Source: Alphaproteobacteria bacterium
GTDB lineage: Bacteria; Pseudomonadota; Alphaproteobacteria; Rs-D84
DNA: 64,000 nucleotides
Reading direction: 5' to 3'
NCBI GenBank assembly: GCA_017528045.1
Contig: JAFXPG010000005.1
Location: 1,370-65,369 of the forward strand
The translations under genes were made by a program, and so were the position numbers. Below the pieces are notes generated by a model that was not told where the DNA came from, did not search any database, and was given only the letters and a program-made list of their open reading frames with translations. Positions 61,317 through 64,000 of the stretch are shown one piece after another (position 1 is the stretch's first letter; every line of letters starts with the position of its first letter).

Positions 61317-61838
61317 ATGCAAGAAAATAAACCTGTTTTAATAGTTGGTTTGGGTAATCCAGGAAAAGAATATGAATTAACACGTCATAATGTTGGTTTT
61401 ATGGCAATAGATAATTTTGCTTCTGATGGTGTTTGGAAAAAAGAAAAAAACGCATTAACGTTACATGATGAACAAAATGGCCAAAAGATAATTTATGTAA
61501 AACCACAAACATTCATGAATAACAGTGGTGATGCCGTTGCTCAATTAATGGCATTTTATAAAATACCGTTGGAAAATTTAATTGTAATTCATGATGATAT
61601 GGATTTAAAAATCGGTGATGTCCGCCAAAAAATTGGAGGTTCCAGTGCAGGGCATAACGGAATAAAATCTATAGATAAAATGGTTGGACCAGATTATAAA
61701 CGTATTCGTATTGGAATCGGACATCCACGTGATTTTGATTTGCCAATTAATCCTGCAGATTGGGTATTGGGTAAATTTACAACAGAACAATTACATAAAA
61801 TTAAAGAAGTTATAAAAGATTTAATAATATTATCTTAA
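61317..61838 (+). CDS. pth: peptidyl-tRNA hydrolase
   Basis: VGLGNPG, TRHNVGF, KPQTFMN.SG, HDD.D, GHNG.KS. Confidence 0.98.
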   Translation: MQENKPVLIVGLGNPGKEYELTRHNVGFMAIDNFASDGVWKKEKNALTLHDEQNGQKIIYVKPQTFMNNSGDAVAQLMAFYKIPLENLIVIHDDMDLKIGDVRQKIGGSSAGHNGIKSIDKMVGPDYKRIRIGIGHPRDFDLPINPADWVLGKFTTEQLHKIKEVIKDLIILS

Positions 61839-64000
61839 TGTGCATCTTCATAAGATATTAAATAATTGTATGGTGAATTAAGAGGAATTCGACTTGCTTG
61901 ATATCCCCAGTATCTTCCTTGTGCCCATGAATACTCCGCATTAACACCATTACCATTATTATAAGTCATTTTAACATTTTTTTGTAAATTTTGTGAATAT
62001 GAATTTAAATATGGATTTATATAATTACCATAAGAATCTATAATAATCCAAAATCCGCTGCATGATAATACACCTTCATTGTATTCCACATACTCATCAG
62101 ATGATGTAATACAAAAAGCAATCAATGTACTATTTTGGTTATTACACAGGAAATTATCTGTTCCTTGACATGTTGCTGTTTGAACAGCCAAAGCTTTTTT
62201 GTTTTCTGGAACACAAACCGGAAAACTAGTATTGGCATAAGAAACTGTATAATATTGACCAGATGTACAACAATTACCCCAATAATCTTTTACGGCTGAT
62301 GCACAATAGTTTTTACCACCTGGGGTATTTATAACATATTCTTCAAAATATACATCTACACCGTCTGGGGTACCTTTAACATCTTCTTGTTTTTCAATCA
62401 AAGAGCAATTACTACCAACTTTTGCATAATTTACAGGACAAGAAGAAACATTACAACTGTCAAAATTATTTTGTGTTCCTGTATTTGTTGCAAACCAAGA
62501 TAATAAACTGGAACCTGTTGTATTTGATAATATTTTGTTAGTGTCTTTAAAACTGTATGTTTGTTCGCCAACAGAAATAGTTTTGCCTGTTATGCTTGAA
62601 TTTGTTACCAATGTAAAACTGTCGTCATATTGGCAATTACCCCAAATTTTTTCTGCCAATAGACAAGCTTTATCTGTTGATGAACATAATTTAGGTATAT
62701 ACTCCATAGTTGTTTCATCTATATCTTCCGTGTTATTTATATAGTAAGTAGATTTATAAAAATTATTACGATCTTTAATTATATCTGTTGATATATCGTC
62801 TAGATTAGCAGCTTGTTTAACACATGCCACAACTTCGTCCCAACAAGCTTTACGTTGTAATATTGCACGACGTGGGCTGGATGCAGAATCTTCACATAAA
62901 GAAAAATTCCCAGCAGATCCATTACATTGTTGTATAATACAATTTTGACCAACTGTTGTGCATGTTTCAATGATTTTTTCATAAGATATATCTGCTGCAA
63001 CTTTTACCATACCTTCTTTCCATTCATTATTCACATCGCCCAGATTGTTTAACAAACTTACACAAGAAGATTCTACGTTTTTACATACTGCATTTACAGT
63101 CGTATCTGCTATAACACTGAATGTCGAAAGGGCACGATTATCAAAATCAGCCAATGTTTCTTGTTTACCGGTTTTACATTCTGCAACTAATTTAGTACAA
63201 CTTTGTCTGACTTCTTCTAATTTTGCGTTTTGTGCCAATTTTATTTGAGCCAAAGCATCACCAATAAATTCTTTCCATATTGTATCTGCCATGTCTTGGC
63301 ATTGTTCCATTGCAGGTTCCAAAAATTTTTTCTTGGTTGTTAAAAATGAAACAAATTTATCGTTTTGGCCAACTTTTGCCCAAGTTTCATTTTCCCCAGG
63401 TGTTGTTAGTAAATTTGTTAAATTATATAAATTTTCTGATAAGAAAGCTTCCCCCGTAGAAGGGTTAATATATTGACCTGTTGTATCAAGACATTTGTAT
63501 AGATTTTTACCACATACAGATTCATCCGATAATTGTTCCAACATTTTCTTTTTACAAGTCAACACATCATCAGAATTTCTTTGTTGGTACGCATTTAATC
63601 TGGCCATATCTAACAAAGCACTGCTTTCATGAATTTTATTCATAGCATTGTTATATTGAGAATTATAAGATTTGGCAACAGTATTACAATCTTGTTGTAT
63701 TGTTAATTTATAACCACTTTGTGCAATATCTAATTCTTCATCAGAACATATTTCTTTTGCCATATCTATACATACAGGCAAAGCAGCATTATATAAATCA
63801 ATACCATTTTTGGACGTTGTGGCAATACCAGATGTTGAATCAACAGAATCCCATGCAGAATCCATATCCAAAGATAAAGATGATAAATTGTTATTTATTT
63901 TTGAATCACCAGAAGTATTTAATGCATCTGTAATCTTTTTCAACAGTTTTTCGGATTCAGAAGAATCTTTTTTTGCGAAAGCCAATTCTCCTTCACTGGC
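61835..64000 (-). CDS. large Cys-rich hypothetical protein (5' end outside window)
   Basis: Frame is open to the window edge; many paired Cys, same style as the 7706 and 44038 proteins. Confidence 0.8.
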   Translation of the reverse strand, partial: ASEGELAFAKKDSSESEKLLKKITDALNTSGDSKINNNLSSLSLDMDSAWDSVDSTSGIATTSKNGIDLYNAALPVCIDMAKEICSDEELDIAQSGYKLTIQQDCNTVAKSYNSQYNNAMNKIHESSALLDMARLNAYQQRNSDDVLTCKKKMLEQLSDESVCGKNLYKCLDTTGQYINPSTGEAFLSENLYNLTNLLTTPGENETWAKVGQNDKFVSFLTTKKKFLEPAMEQCQDMADTIWKEFIGDALAQIKLAQNAKLEEVRQSCTKLVAECKTGKQETLADFDNRALSTFSVIADTTVNAVCKNVESSCVSLLNNLGDVNNEWKEGMVKVAADISYEKIIETCTTVGQNCIIQQCNGSAGNFSLCEDSASSPRRAILQRKACWDEVVACVKQAANLDDISTDIIKDRNNFYKSTYYINNTEDIDETTMEYIPKLCSSTDKACLLAEKIWGNCQYDDSFTLVTNSSITGKTISVGEQTYSFKDTNKILSNTTGSSLLSWFATNTGTQNNFDSCNVSSCPVNYAKVGSNCSLIEKQEDVKGTPDGVDVYFEEYVINTPGGKNYCASAVKDYWGNCCTSGQYYTVSYANTSFPVCVPENKKALAVQTATCQGTDNFLCNNQNSTLIAFCITSSDEYVEYNEGVLSCSGFWIIIDSYGNYINPYLNSYSQNLQKNVKMTYNNGNGVNAEYSWAQGRYWGYQASRIPLNSPYNYLISYEDAH

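Overview
AT-rich chromosomal segment of a small-genome alphaproteobacterium. The lineage is inferred from the lptC/lptB, OmpA lipoprotein, WPGFVD MotA/MotB-like pair and rpsF-rpsR-rplI context, and resembles uncultured gut Rs-D84/'Enterousia'-type genomes. Housekeeping genes (rho, era, queA, tgt, guaC, class II lysS, cspA-like, rfbC, rpsF/R, rplI, grpE, tpiA, ppiD, recO, dsbA, polA, pth, tRNA-Gly, tRNA-Pro) are interspersed with many lineage-specific ORFs. Main observations: (1) an integron-like tandem array of small recombinase-free cassettes at the 3' end of tRNA-Pro (about 28.5-35.9 kb), each junction a hairpin plus TGGTCG-N18-CGAACT, apparently encoding a recombinase C-terminal tail; (2) a full-length T4 Acb1-like 2H phosphodiesterase directly behind polA; (3) an orphan overlapped Rz/Rz1 spanin pair behind rho; (4) an unannotated structured RNA with switch-like pairing upstream of a PAP2 gene; (5) a leader-peptide attenuator before lysS and a RelA/SpoT-like gene; (6) a strong C-terminal Arg bias in accessory proteins; (7) tandem minimal kinase-like paralogs, an ankyrin/dead-subtilase/beta-barrel protein and a family of Cys-rich secreted proteins. 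All homology calls are from motif recognition by eye; no database searches were run.
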